DNA of 63,983 nt, filler included, from Octopus bimaculoides (taxonomy: Eukaryota): the NCBI RefSeq assembly GCF_001194135.2. It is 5 parts of 5 records of this genome, joined end to end, with 100 filler letters (N's around TTAATTAATTAA, not from the genome) between each part and the next. Parts side by side here need not be neighbours in the genome. Positions count along the whole stretch, not along the records: positions 1 to 24,982 come from NC_068983.1; 4 more parts are not named here. One strand, 5' to 3'. Within the stretch, counting starts at the first letter, position 1, and each line of letters opens with the position of its first letter. The translations under genes and the position numbers were made by a program. Under the pieces are notes generated by a model. The model did not search any database and was not told the origin of the DNA. It was given only the letters and a program-made list of their open reading frames with translations. Below are positions 1 through 12,794 of the stretch, one piece after another.

Positions 1-326
1 TTGAGCGTGGCCGTTGCCAGTACCGCCTGACTGGCTCCTGTAGGATTTTCGAGCAAGATCGTTGCCAGTGCCCCTGGACTGGCTTGTGCGGGTGGCACAT
101 AAAAGACACCATTTCGAGCGTGGCCGTTTTCGTGCGGGTGACACGTAAAAGCACCCACTACACTCTCTGAGTGGTTGGCGTTAGGAAGGGCATCCAGCTG
201 TAGAAACTCTGCCAAATCAGACTGGAGCCTGGTGTTGCCATCCGGTTTCACCAGTCCTCAGTCAAATCGTCCAACCCATGCTAGCATGGAAAGCGGACGT
301 TAAACGATGATGATGATGATGATGAT
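1..326 (+). mobile_element. Young RTE-associated 3' tail / SINE-like repeat ending in (GAT)n
   Basis: Body GAGTGGTTGGCGTTAGGAAGGGCATCCAGCTGTAGAAAC...GCGGACGTTAAAC followed by (GAT)n. Near-identical copies lie at 10251-10553(-), 27688-27845(+) and 38515-38746(-), with older copies elsewhere (e.g. 21580-21750, 24490-24655, 50420-50590, 58480-58670). The RTE link is inferred from the short-repeat tail. Confidence 0.75.
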
Positions 327-442
327 GTGCTGATCCTATCAACAAACAGTACACTATATATATCATCATCATCATTTTATATCTACTTCACAAGCTGGCA
401 TGAGTGGGACAGTTTGACAAGATCTGGTACCACATCTTGTTC

Positions 443-488
<46 letters not shown>

Positions 489-925
489 NNNNNNNNNNTG
501 TGTGTGTGTGTGTGTGTGTGTGCGTGTGTGTGTGTGTGTGTGCACGTGCATGTGCATGTGTATAGATAGATAGATAGATACACACACACACACCTTGTGT
601 TGATTATGCATATTTATATATTTAACCTGAGTAGGTGTTACCCTACCTAAGTTAAATGTACTCACTATATTCTATGTTCCTGTTATATACTCACTATGTC
701 AGGTATATGCTGTATACCTACCATGTTATCTGAGCTATTCACCCACTATATCATCTGTCAAAATCTAAGTCCACTTTGTTGCCTATCCATGCTATGTATC
801 TGCTGAGCTGTCTAGCCATGCTTTGTAAAGGTTAGAAGACAGCTTCCTTGCTTACAATAATTCACTTATTTCCATTCCTCTAAACATGTCAGCTATTATT
901 TCAAACCATTTTTTGGCATTTTATT

Positions 926-984
926 TCATCGTAAAACATTTCTTCGTAAACTGGAAATAATGGCATTCTGTTCTGCTTGTTCAA
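926..984 (-). CDS. Candidate terminal coding exon of an unidentified small gene ((V)EQAEQNAIISSLRRNVLR*)
   Basis: Acceptor ttttcaatattttag; phase-1 frame open to TGA at 928-926; phase-compatible with exon 1132-1182. No homology recognised. Confidence 0.3.
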
Positions 985-1131
985 CTAAAATATTGAAAAT
1001 ATTTTCATATCTTCCATTTACACAGAATTCTGTTCACTAAAATAAAAACAAATTCAAAAACATAACTGAGCCAAAAAAACAATTAAAAAAAGACAATAAC
1101 TCTGCCATGTCAGCATACATTATTTATTCAC

Positions 1132-1182
1132 CTGGCATCAAACAACATATTTCAACTGCTTTTACAAAGTGTTTATTAGATG
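1132..1182 (-). CDS. Candidate 51-nt internal exon (xSNKHFVKAVEICCLMPx)
   Basis: Strong acceptor tttttttctttttttag; donor CAG|gtgaat; only the phase 1-1 frame is open. Confidence 0.35.
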
Positions 1183-1678
1183 CTAAAAAAAGAAAAAAAT
1201 GTCTCTGTATTGGCATTTACAATGAATATTTTTCAATTTGCCATTTATCCATTATAGCATTTGATAATATTCATCATGTAATAATTTAACTATGTTTATT
1301 ATTTTTTTTAATGAACTTCTGAATATTTTACTTATTCTTTCTACCAGAAATTCCAAATATTTGTTAATTTTCTAATAATNNNNNNNNNNNNNNNNNNNNN
1401 NNNNNNNNNNNNNNNNNNNNNNNNNNNNNNNNNNNNNNNNNNNNNNNNNNNNNNNNNNNNNNNNNNNNNNNNNNNNNNNNNNNNNNNNNNNNNNNNNNNN
1501 NNNNNNNNNNNNNNNNNNNNNNNNNNNNNNNNNNNNNNNNNNNNNNNNNNNNNNNNNNNNNNNNNNNNNNNNNNNNNNNNNNNNNNNNNNNNNNNNNNNN
1601 NNNNNNNNNNNNNNNNNNNNNNNNNNNNNNNNNNNNNNNNNNNNNNNNNNNNNNNNNNNNNNNNNNNNNNNNNNNNNN

Positions 1679-1723
<45 letters not shown>

Positions 1724-1725
1724 GT

Positions 1726-1771
<46 letters not shown>

Positions 1772-3758
1772 GGAAACTGCATTGAGTAATTTATATTATC
1801 CTATTCAATGTCATTTTTGTCTGGTTTCACTGAACAGGATTCCTTTATTAAATTAACTATTACATTAATATCACACATTCAAAAACGGTGAAAAATCTTT
1901 TCATAACAGCTGCTAATTTCCATCAGTTCTTATTGATGAGAGATTAATAAACACCTGGTATTTCAATATTCAGATAGAAATATAGCATATATTCTACAAA
2001 TCTTGAAAATATCTAACAATGAGAAATTGTAGTCAAAGTTTGCAAGTAAAAATTGACATGTCAGGTATTTTCAATGTTGTTCAATTGTAGAAAGGGAGGA
2101 AATCAATATTTTTTTTTTATTTCACATGATTATCGAGTGTCTCTGGTATTCAGTATAGCTGTTGCTGTAGTTGTTTAGTCCCAGATCAGCCTCAGCTGAG
2201 CAGAGATGTAGGTGTCATCAACCTACCCACCATCTAGTAAACAACCATATTGAGTAACCATACATTGGTTTATTGTGCTGTATGCAAGGATTGTTTTATT
2301 TTAACCAGTCTGTTTTTGCATGCTATTGTGTTCAAGTGAAGGTAGGAAGGTAGACTCAGAGGGAAACAATAGTTGTTATTCTACTGTACTTATCATTGGT
2401 AGTGTGTGTTCTAACACAGTGTTTGGGATTTAATCAAGTTATTGACACTGCTAGTATTTTTGTATAATCTTTTAACTTTTACTTGTTTCAGTCATTTGAC
2501 TGTGGCCATTCTGGGACGCCAGCTTGAAGAATTTTTAGCTGAATGAATCAAACTCCAGTACTTATTCCATTTTGGTCTCTTATGCTGAACAGCTAAGTCA
2601 CAGGAACATGAACACACCAACACCAGTTGTCAATTGGGGATGGGGAACAAACGTAGACATACAAACACACATACATATATACAATGGGCTTCTTTCAGTT
2701 TCCATCTACCAAATCCATTCACAAGGCTTTGATCAACCCAAGGTGCCACACAATGGGACTGAACCTGAAAGCATGTGCCCCTACTGTGGTTGTTTAGTTC
2801 CATGCCTATTTTTAGTTTTAGTCCTAAATCATCCCATTTATTTACTTGGTGGGGGGCGGGATTTGTATAAAATTGCTGAAAATATAATCATCATTATTAT
2901 TATCATCATTTTAACATCTACCTTTCCATGCTTTCATGGGTTGAACACAATGTATTGAGATAGATTTTCTATGGCTGGAAGCCCTTCCTATCATCAGGCT
3001 TCACCTGCTTCCAAATGAACTAATGTTTTCTTGAGACCAAGCATGTCTTCATGGAAGATTGGAAACGAAGGACACCACTAGTATGGTTTACAACTATCAT
3101 ATGATGTCAAGGAAACAGTAACTCATGCACACATGTACACACACTCACACACACACATGCACACACTCATACAGAGAGAGACAGACAGACAGACAGACAG
3201 AGAGATGGAGGGAAGTATATTCAGAATGATGAAGGCATACTTGCCATTGATATGAAGGACAAGAAAGTGGCATGGAAATGCTATTATGAGAGGTTGTTGA
3301 ATGTGGAGAATATGTGAGATGAAGAGGGGCTGCCTCATACTGATGCTGTAGAGTGACCAGCAATTCATGTTGACAGCAGCACAGTAGATAAAGCAATTAA
3401 GAACATGAGCATGAAAAGAGAGAAAGCTGCAAGTCCATCAGGGATAGTTGCAGAGATGCTCAAAATATCTTATGAGGTCAGGTACAGGATTACCATCTTG
3501 ATTAGTTAATCATGAAAAAGTCATACACAATGACTGGCTTAGCAGCAACATCTTAAGCTGTTACAAAGGCAAAGGTGATGCCTTAAAGGGAAGCAGCTAT
3601 AGAAGAATCAAACTATTGGATCAGGTTATGAAGGTCAAAGAGAGAGTCAGCAAAACTGACTCACGAGAAAATACATGTAGATGAGTTACCATTTGGTTCT
3701 GTTCCTGGAAGAGATACCATAAATGCAATCTTTCAAGTGAGGCAACTAAAAAGAAATA

Positions 3759-5520
3759 TCAGGTCATCCCATAAGTTCTGTCCGATTTTACCATTTTTAA
3801 AATTGAATGAAATTTAATAGTATTTTAGAATGTCTAATGGAATAAAAAATTATTTTTATGCATTTGTGTACATTTAAACTAATTAAATATCATTTTACAC
3901 AATAATAGAATTAAAATTTCTTTGATTAAAACCCTTTCTAACATGGAAGTATCCAAAAGAGCATTTCAGGCACATAATGCTTTATGAGTACAAAAAAGGA
4001 AAGTCTGCCGCCAAAGCAACTCGAAACATACACTTAGTTTATGGGAAAGAATGCTTGAATGAAAGAACTTGCAGAAGATGGTTTGCAAAATTCAGAAGTG
4101 GAGATTTCAGCCTTGAAGAGGAAGATCGAACAGGACGTCCAGTTGAGTTTGATGATAAGCTCCTTGAGGCATTACTTGAAGAAAATCCTGCATTATCAGT
4201 TGAAGAATTGGCAATAAAGCTTAGTTCAAACCATATGACTGTTCATCGTCATCTTCAACAACTTGGAAAGGTTCCTAAACTTGAAAAATGGGTGCCTCAT
4301 GAACTGTCCGAAAGCAACCGCAAATCCCAAGTCGACATCTGCTCTTCTCTCCATTCTCATGAACTCAATTCACCCTTTTTGGATTGACTTGTGACTGGTG
4401 ATGAAAAATGGATCTTCTATCGAAATGTAGGTGCAGGAGTGGCTGTGTGGTAAGTAGCTTGCTTACCAACCACATGGTTCTGGGTTCATTCTCACTGCGT
4501 GGCACCTTGGGCAAGTATCTTCTACTATAGCCTCGGGCTGACCAAAGCCTTGTGAGTGGATTTGGTAGACGGAAACTGAAAGAAGCCCATCGTATATATG
4601 TATATATATATATGTATATGTATGCGTGTGTATATGTTTGTGTCTGTGTTTGTCCCCCCAACATCACTTGACAACTGATGCTGGTGTGTTTACGTTCCTG
4701 TAACTTAGCAGTTCGGCAAAAGAGACCAATAGAATAAGTACTAGGTTTCCAAAGAATAAATCCTGGGGTCGATTTGCTCGACTAAAGGCAGTGCTCCAGC
4801 ATGGCCNNNNNNNNNNNNNNNNNNNNNNNNNNNNNNNNNNNNNNNNNNNNNNNNNNNNNNNNNNNNNNNNNNNNNNNNNNNNNNNNNNNNNNNNNNNNNN
4901 NNNNNNNNNNNNNNNNNNNNNNNNNNNNNNNNNNNNNNNNNNNNNNNNNNNNNNNNNNNNNNNNNNNNNNNNNNNNNNNNNNNNNNNNNNNNNNNNNNNN
5001 NNNNNNNNNNNNNNNNNNNNNNNNNNNNNNNNNNNNNNNNNNNNNNNNNNNNNNNNNNNNNNNNNNNNNNNNNNNNNNNNNNNNNNNNNNNNNNNNNNNN
5101 NNNNNNNNNNNNNNNNNNNNNNNNNNNNNNNNNNNNNNNNNNNNNNNNNNNNNNNNNNNNNNNNNNNNNNNNNNNNNNNNNNNNNNNNNNNNNNNNNNNN
5201 NNNNNNNNNNNNNNNNNNNNNNTCTACCTTATTCTCCTGACCTTGCTCCTTCAGACTACCATTTGTTTCGTAGTTTACAGAATTATTTGGGGGACATAAC
5301 TTTCACAAGCCAGGAGGAGGTTGAAACTGACATTTCAGAGTTCTTCGCTTTGAAACCAAAAGAGTTTTACATTGATGGGATTTAAAAGCTTGTAAATTGA
5401 TGGAAGGAAGTCATAGATAATCATGGAAAGTACATTGATGATTAAATTTCAATTAAATATAACATTTGATCGCTTGTTTTCTTTATTCAAAATTCGGACG
5501 GAATTTAAGGGTTAACTTGA
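3759..5520 (+). mobile_element. Full-length mariner DNA transposon, inactive (transposase pseudogene about 3943-5445)
   Basis: Imperfect TIRs TCAGGTCATCCCATAAGTTCTGTCCGATTTT / AAAATTCGGACGGAATTTAAGGGTTAACTTGA; TA TSD at 3757-58 and 5521-22. Motifs RWFAKFRSGDFSLE, WVPHEL, TGDEKW and YSPDLAPSDYHLF are present. The second catalytic D falls in the N gap. Confidence 0.92.
4427..4806 (+). mobile_element. tRNA-derived SINE (family A) inserted in the mariner transposase
   Basis: A-box-like TGGCTGTGTGG, B-box-like GGTTCA, an internal (TA/TG) tract, and a 3' half shared with 27049-27454 and 50888-51282. It interrupts the ORF right after DEKWIFYRN. Confidence 0.85.
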
Positions 5521-6113
5521 TACTTGGCTAAGAGTAAACCATTATTCCCGACTTCCATTTTTTTTTTACTTGGAGGAGGTATTTTACAAGATAACATTGG
5601 CAGTAATTTAGAGGTCACTATGGCAACTAGGCACTAACAAGTAATATGCAAGAGCTGTACCAGCAATGTACAAAGATGCAGTAAGTAAAGTGAGAGTCAA
5701 AGATGACTTCAGTGACAAATTTAGTATGAGGGTTGGAGATCATTAAGGCTCAGTCTCTTATTAATCATACTTTTACAAGCTATTACAGAGGTATTTAAGA
5801 CTGGCTATCCATGGGAACTCCTATATATTAGTAGTCTAGTTCTCATTACTGAATCTGTAGGGAAATTAGACAGGAAATTCTGAGCATGGAAACCAAGCCT
5901 AGAATTGAAAGGCCTTAAGGTGAACTTAGCAAAGATAAAGGTCTTAGTAGGAAAGCAGACAAGACTCTGGTACCTTCAAAGAAATGGCATTGTTCAATAT
6001 GCTGTACTCAATATAAATTATGGACACACAAGAGATATGGTAGAATCAAAAGTAGATTAGCAGGGAACATAAACTTTGAATTTGGTAGAAGCACTGAAGC
6101 AGTATATAGTATG

Positions 6114-6161
<48 letters not shown>

Positions 6162-6730
6162 AAAAATAAACAAACAAACGAAAGATGGAGACAGGTGAGG
6201 GAACATCAAACAAAATGTATTAGTTTGACACTCAAGAAAAATGAAAGAGTCTTTGATGTTTTAAGCTTATACTCTACTACAGAAAAGAATGCGAAGAGAA
6301 AACATAGAAAAAAGGGGAAAATGGAGATAAAAAATGCGTTTGGATTAATATATATATATATATGTTAATATATATATATTAATGCATGTATATATTGATT
6401 TATATATAATTTATATACATATACACACATACATACATACATACATATATATAAATTTATATGACAAGCTTCTTTCAATTTCCATTGATTCTATCCTTTC
6501 ACAAGGTGTTGATCAACTCAGTGCTATAGTAAAAGACACTTGCACAAGGTGCCACACAGTGGGACTGAACCCAAAACCATATGGTTGGGAAGCAAAATTC
6601 TTACAACACAGCCATGCCTGTATCTGTTATAATAACAAGAAGAAAAAACAACAACTATAAAATCAATCAGAATAAACCATTGGATGTTGTGATTAACGTG
6701 AAGTCATATTTTTATGAAGCTATGACTTAC

Positions 6731-6802
6731 ATTTAGTTAATCTCTTAAGAGCATATGACATATTTAATGGATCATGCTTTTTCATTACAGCATCATAACA
6801 AA
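6731..6802 (-). CDS. Candidate 72-nt internal exon (xCYDAVMKKHDPLNMSYALKRLTKx)
   Basis: Acceptor gtttttctcaaag; donor AAT|gtaagt; open phase 1-1 frame in otherwise unique AT-rich DNA. Confidence 0.4.
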
Positions 6803-7025
6803 CTTTGAGAAAAACAATGTTATATCATTATAATATGTTTATTTTATTTCTCTGCAATTATTAATAATTATAATTTTTCATTCTACAATGATATCAGTTA
6901 TAATTACTGTTTTACAATGATAATTTTTCAGTAATTATTAATAATTGTTAGTAATTATTGAAAATAAGATTTTAATATAATAATTTGTTTTGCCTAATGT
7001 ATCATCCTCCTCCTCCTCCTCCTCC

Positions 7026-7056
<31 letters not shown>

Positions 7057-7493
7057 CATCATTGTTTTAATGTCCACTTTTTCATGCTTGCACAGGTTGG
7101 TGGGAGTTTTACTGAGGCAGATTTTTCTACAGATTTTTCTACAGATTTTTCTACAGATTTTTCCTTATGCCAACCTTCACCTGTTTCCAATCATTTTCTG
7201 TTTCCAAACAGGGTAATATTTCTCCATGGCCAGACATATTTTCACAGAATATTGTAAATGACTGACAATCGTTTATTTATAACAAACACACATAAAAGGC
7301 ACCTAGTACACTCTATGGAGTGCTTCGCATTAGGACAGACATCCAGCCATAGAAACCAGGCCAAAACAGACAGAAGTCTGATGCAGCTCTCTGGCTTACC
7401 AGTTCTAGTCAAACCATCTAACTCATACTAGCATGGAAAATGGACACTAAATGATAATGATGAAGATGATGGTGATGTGAAGAGAAGGAGACA

Positions 7494-7541
<48 letters not shown>

Positions 7542-7551
7542 NNNNNNNNNN

Positions 7552-7584
<33 letters not shown>

Positions 7585-8723
7585 TACACACACATACATG
7601 CACACACATATGTATATACATACATGCATATATGATGGTCTTCTTTCAGGTTCCATTTGCCAAATCCACTCACAAGGTTTTGGTTGACTCTGGGCAATAG
7701 TAGCAGACACTTGCTCATGCAATGGGACTGAACCTAAAAACCATGTGACTGGGAAGCAAACTTCTTAAACACCCCTCCACACACACATGTGTATCTATTT
7801 ATATGCATGTATGTATATAAACAAGACACACACACACACACACACACGCACACACAAACGCATATATAAATATATATAATTATGAAAAAGGAGAGATTCA
7901 ATCGATATAAATCAATTTATTAACATTATTAATAAGGCCTACAATTGTTTCAATTCACACTCAATGCAAATTACAAACATATAGAATAAAGTAAGTTTGC
8001 ATTTTGAATATTTAGAGTAAAATATCTTCAGGACCAATGAACATTGAGAAAACTACCTGTTGATCAATTGAGATTCTCCAACAGACTAAGTAGATGAAAA
8101 TATGTTTAATTTTGTGTGTGTATGTGTGTGTGTGTGAGTGTGAGTGCGTGTGTGTTAATTTTCTTTAAATATAGCAATAAGACATATAAAATACTAGCAG
8201 AGATACCTGGCATTGCTCTGGATTAAAATGGTACAGTTTGTTTATCTATATATTACAGTTATGTTGAAACAGGTGACACGGGAAAGTGCAGCAATGATGA
8301 CAAAACATTTGTGGAGTAAATGATAGTCTAATTCAATTAAGTGACATATAATACGTCTGTTTGGAGGATTCCATGCCCTAACCTATCATGGAAAATTGGG
8401 AGTTGGGGCAGATGTAAATTTTGAACCTACCGAAAGCAGTCAGTGGATATACTTGCCTTTGAGACAGTCAGCGCTGCATCTAACATGACCCATAGTATGG
8501 TTGACAGTCAAATGAATGGAGATGTAATGGAGATATTGTATATAAATGAGCTGCAATGGGAGATGGCAACAGGGAAGTGAACTGTTGAAATGTTGCAGAA
8601 GGTGAAGGGTTGACATTGTATTGCTTATGTGGCTGTAGAATAAGAAACATAAAGTGAGCCTATGCAGTCCAATGAGAATATGTAGTAATGAGTTACTTGA
8701 AAAAATAAAGCATAATGACTTAC

Positions 8724-8763
8724 TGTGTGGTATGTATATAGTATGTCTGTATTTTTGTATGCA
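8724..8763 (-). CDS. Candidate 40-nt exon (phase 0-1 reading CIQKYRHTIYIPH)
   Basis: Acceptor tttcgttaatttacag; donor ACA|gtaagt. All three frames are open, so the frame is chosen only by compatibility with the neighbouring candidate exons. Confidence 0.3.
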
Positions 8764-9556
8764 CTGTAAATTAACGAAATATAAGCAAATGAATGAAATA
8801 GAAGCATGTGCATGGAATTGATAATTTAACAGTAATTGCCACAATAATTATTACAGAGAGACAAAGAATTATATATATAGGATAAATTTCTTAATGTAAG
8901 GGTAAATATGTAATTGTAAATACTTTGCAACCCTGCAACCTCTGTGATAATTATTAACTGGTAATGGAACAGTAAATGTGTATTTTTATATATATCCTGG
9001 ACCCTGCCACCTCATTGTTTGTTTTCAAGAGTTTCACATATATACATTCAGGCATATCAGTCTTTATGTGAAAAGACACTCTCTTTATGTGGAAAGACAC
9101 TCTCTATGAGACATATATACACTCATACACTTACACAAATACACTCACAGATAGATACACAGTCATATACAAAATGTGATGTCATTGTCATCATGGTATA
9201 AAATATCCTGTTGACAATAGAAAGATTGCAGCATGGAAGATGTATGTAAACCATTCAAGAACACGCAAAAGCTGTTAGCTTCACTTCAACATTTAAATTT
9301 CATTTGTATCAAAATATTTTCATCACTTTGAAAGTGCAACCTGTTCACTGACAAAACTTTGTGCTGCATCTGAGAAAGTAACAATTAGTTCATGATACAT
9401 ACATGTGTATGTATGTATGTATGTATGTATGTATGTATGTATGTATGTATATATGTATGTATGTATGTGTGTGTGTGCGTGTGTGTGTGTGTGTGTATGC
9501 ATGTATGTATATGTGTAAATGTGCATGCTTGTTTATACGCATATACGTATGTATGT

Positions 9557-10058
9557 CTCTTCTATTTTTTAATTATTATAAATCTTCCACTGAGGTGGGA
9601 GCTGGTTTCCAACAAAGATACAAGGCTCCATCTTTGGGATGTTGTTAACACAAACAAATTCACATTTGGAACTTGAGAAAAGTCTTACATATTTTTACTG
9701 CTCCACTCACAGATTGCACTTGTAATGTATGAATTAGTCGGTTGATTTCTCTTTCTGAAAATCCCAGTTTATCCGGATTCTCTTTTAAGCATTTACTAAC
9801 AAAACCTCCAATTATTATTGGTATGAATATGAGTTCATAGTCTGGATATAGAAGCTGGAGGTTTCAAAGCAGTTGTCCATAGATATCTTCTTTGTCTTTG
9901 ATTTTCAAAGAGATATTTATATCTGGAGGGCAGCTGATCCCTATGAGGGTACATATCTTTGGGATTACAAGAGCATCACTGTCTCTCTTGTCCGCCAGGT
10001 ACTTTGTGGCATCTCCTGTTCCTGGATTCCTGCATAGCCTTCAAAGTGTGATGTGATG
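9557..10058 (-). mobile_element. 3' fragment of an RLE-encoding (R2-supergroup, R4/HERO/NeSL-like) non-LTR retrotransposon
   Basis: Minus-strand translation includes ISCPPDINISLKIKDKEDIYGQLL and VQSVSGAVKICKTF (restriction-like endonuclease tail). Homologous to 19071-19980. Confidence 0.75.
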
Positions 10059-10220
10059 TATGTATGTATGTATGTAAGTATGTATGTATGTATTATGTAT
10101 GTGAGCATTTACTTATGTGTGTAGACATGTGTATATCTATATGTACATGTAAATGTATGTTTATGTACTGATATGTGTATCTGTTCAAGTTGTATATATA
10201 ACTGTTACTCCGTCAAAGGT

Positions 10221-10250
<30 letters not shown>

Positions 10251-10253
<3 letters not shown>

Positions 10254-10553
10254 TCATCATCATCATCATCGTTTAACGTCCGCTTTCCATGCTAGCAGGG
10301 GTTGGACGATTTGACTGAGGACTGGTGAAACCAGATGGCTACACCAGGTTCCAATCTGATTTGGCAGAGTTTCTACAGCTGGATGCCCTTCCTAACGCCA
10401 ACCACTCAGAGAGTGTAGTGGGTGCTTTTACGTGTCACCTGCACCAAGGCCAGTCAGGCGGTACTGGCAACAGCCACGCTCAAAATGGTGCATTTTATGT
10501 GCCACCCACACAAGAGCCAGTCCAGGGGCACTGGCAACGATCTCACTCGAAAA
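10251..10553 (-). mobile_element. Young RTE-associated tail repeat (same family as 1-326)
   Basis: Reverse complement of the 1-326 body with an (ATC)n tail on the + strand. Confidence 0.8.
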
Positions 10554-10959
10554 NNNNNNNNNNNNNNNNNNNNNNNNNNNNNNNNNNNNNNNNNNNNNNN
10601 NNNNNNNNNNNNNNNNNNNNNNNNNNNNNNNNNNNNNNNNNNNNNNNNNNNNNNNNNNNNNNNNNNNNNNNNNNNNNNNNNNNNNNNNNNNNNNNNNNNN
10701 NNNNNNNNNNNNNNNNNNNNNNNNNNNNNNNNNNNNNNNNNNNNNNNNNNNNNNNNNNNNNNNNNNNNNNNNNNNNNNNNNNNNNNNNNNNNNNNNNNNN
10801 NNNNNNNNNNNNNNTATATATATATATATATATTCCAACCACATGATCTCAGATCAAGTCACTTGCTATGCAAGTACATCTCCATAAATAGAAAGATTAT
10901 CTCTATGAAATGTTATATTGTTTTAAAGGAAATGAAAATAAAATTTCGTATTGACACTG

Positions 10960-11340
10960 ACCAGCCCTCACATACATATAGTGTATTTAATAACATACCT
11001 AACACAGAAGGACACACACACTGTGAGACATACAAACTCATACACTCACACACATACATTCACAGACAGATACAGTCATATACAAAATGTAACGTCATCG
11101 ACGTTATCATGGTTAGAATTAAAAGTAAATGTATAAATGTAAACCATATAGTGTGCTTAATAACGTACCTAACACAGAAGGACACACACTGTGAGACACA
11201 CTCGTACACATACATTCACAGTTAGATACACAGTCATATACAAAATGTGACGTCATGGTTAACCAGCCTTCACATACATACATTGACAGACAGATACACA
11301 GTCATATACAAAATGTGACGTCGTCATAGAATTAAAAGTA
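10960..11340. repeat. Degenerate local tandem repeat (about 160-bp and shorter units); related copy at about 9060-9200
   Basis: ACCTAACACAGAAGGACACACAC occurs twice and CAGTCATATACAAAATGT(A/G)ACGTC three times. The same CAGTCATATACAAAATGTGA core is at about 9160. Confidence 0.75.
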
Positions 11341-11479
11341 AAAATATAAAAGTGAAACAATATATCACATTACAATATAGACGTTACTCTTTCACTTTTA
11401 TTACAATACAGATGTTATTCTTTCACTTTTATTCTTTGAGTTTTGACCCGTAATACGAAACCAGTGCCATTGTTTGATT

Positions 11480-11743
<264 letters not shown>

Positions 11744-12372
11744 AGATAAGGTATAAAATATAAATCACATAAATAAGATAAAAAGTTAAAAATAAATAAT
11801 GAATAATAATAATAATAAACATATTCAGGCAAAAATAAATATATACAGATGAAAATAAAAATAATAAAAATGAAAATACTGAAATAAATGCAATAAAAAT
11901 AAAATAAAATACCTGTGGGTAGGATAAAAATGAAAATAAAACTAAAAATAAGAAATAAAATAAAGTAACGATAAAAATAAAATAAAAATAAAACTGTTAT
12001 GAATGTGGATGTACATTGTCTATGTACATTGTCTATGTGTTTTTGTGTATATATACATGTTAGTAAAAAGCCTATTGAATCAAATCAGTTTATTTATATA
12101 TGCATGTACGTATAATTATTTGAAAGTAAAAGTCAACCTTATAGTCTTGTATTATTATGATTATATTAATGTGCGTGTGTGTGTGTGTATTCATGTGTTT
12201 GTACATTAAAGAGACTAAAGAAAATGCTATATTAGACATCAATATCTTTTATATTTGATGGTAAGATTATCAATAAAATATAAACAAGTATATTTATATA
12301 TGCATGTGCATATAATTATTTGAAAATAAAAGCCATCGGTTATAGTCTAGCATTATTATTTATTTCCATATT

Positions 12373-12405
<33 letters not shown>

Positions 12406-12794
12406 ATGTGTTTATACATGATTATGTTGAATGCAATTTTAGTTTAGTATGAATAGAGATTAAGTGTATTACATCATCAAAATTAGTGTTGTTGATAGAT
12501 TTACAATGTTTTGTATTAAATTTTATGAACTATATCAGCCAATTAATTAATAAAATTTATGTATTAAAATTAATAATTAATATTATTATTAATTAGACCT
12601 TTAAGTGTTATATTATATATTATTCATATTATCTATATTTTTTATATTTTGTATTATTCATATTATCTATATTGTTTATATCTTATATACTACATTTTAA
12701 ATCAAGTTGTACTTACTAGTTATACTTACTATATTATATTTATGCATTATTTTATTGTATTCAATTTTATTTTTACTAATTATACTTCCTAAAA

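Larger units (their letters stand above)
3205..6100 (+). mobile_element. Decayed RTE-clade LINE ORF2 (linker + reverse transcriptase), split by a mariner insertion
   Basis: Conceptual translation gives KVAWKCYYERLLNVE, KAASPSGIVAEMLK, YRRIKLLDQVMKV and PFGSVPGRDTINAIFQVRQL. It resumes after the mariner with YLAKSKPL, MYKDAVSKVRV, KTGYPWELLY and KGLKVNLAKIKVLV. Many stops and frameshifts. Confidence 0.85.

Noticed and set aside
926-1182. SNKHFVKAVEICCLMP...LRRNVLR as the C-terminus of the 4CL-like gene (resembles YKHLRGGVEFVDEIP...LRRVLR)
   Set aside because: It lacks the catalytic PKxxxGK lysine motif. None of the about 400 intervening residues (SSGTTGxPKG, GYGxTE, TGD) were found, and a scaffold join separates the two regions. 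Probably coincidence.
1955-2012. Candidate minus-strand exon IFSRFVEYMLYFYLNIEIP (phase 0-1)
   Set aside because: Weak donor (gtgttt), and it is phase-incompatible with 6731-6802 unless another exon exists that I could not find.
8457-8479. 23-nt micro-exon with GC donor (AAG|gcaagt), reading CSADCLK
   Set aside because: Poor polypyrimidine tract, and the surrounding 8400-8640 may be an old LINE remnant on the other strand. There is not enough evidence for a GC-AG intron.
10315-10335. CTGAGGA-CTGGT-GAAA in the RTE-tail repeat (also about 38582) as a hammerhead core
   Set aside because: Only 5 nt lie between the core boxes, so no stem II is possible, and there is no stem I or III pairing.
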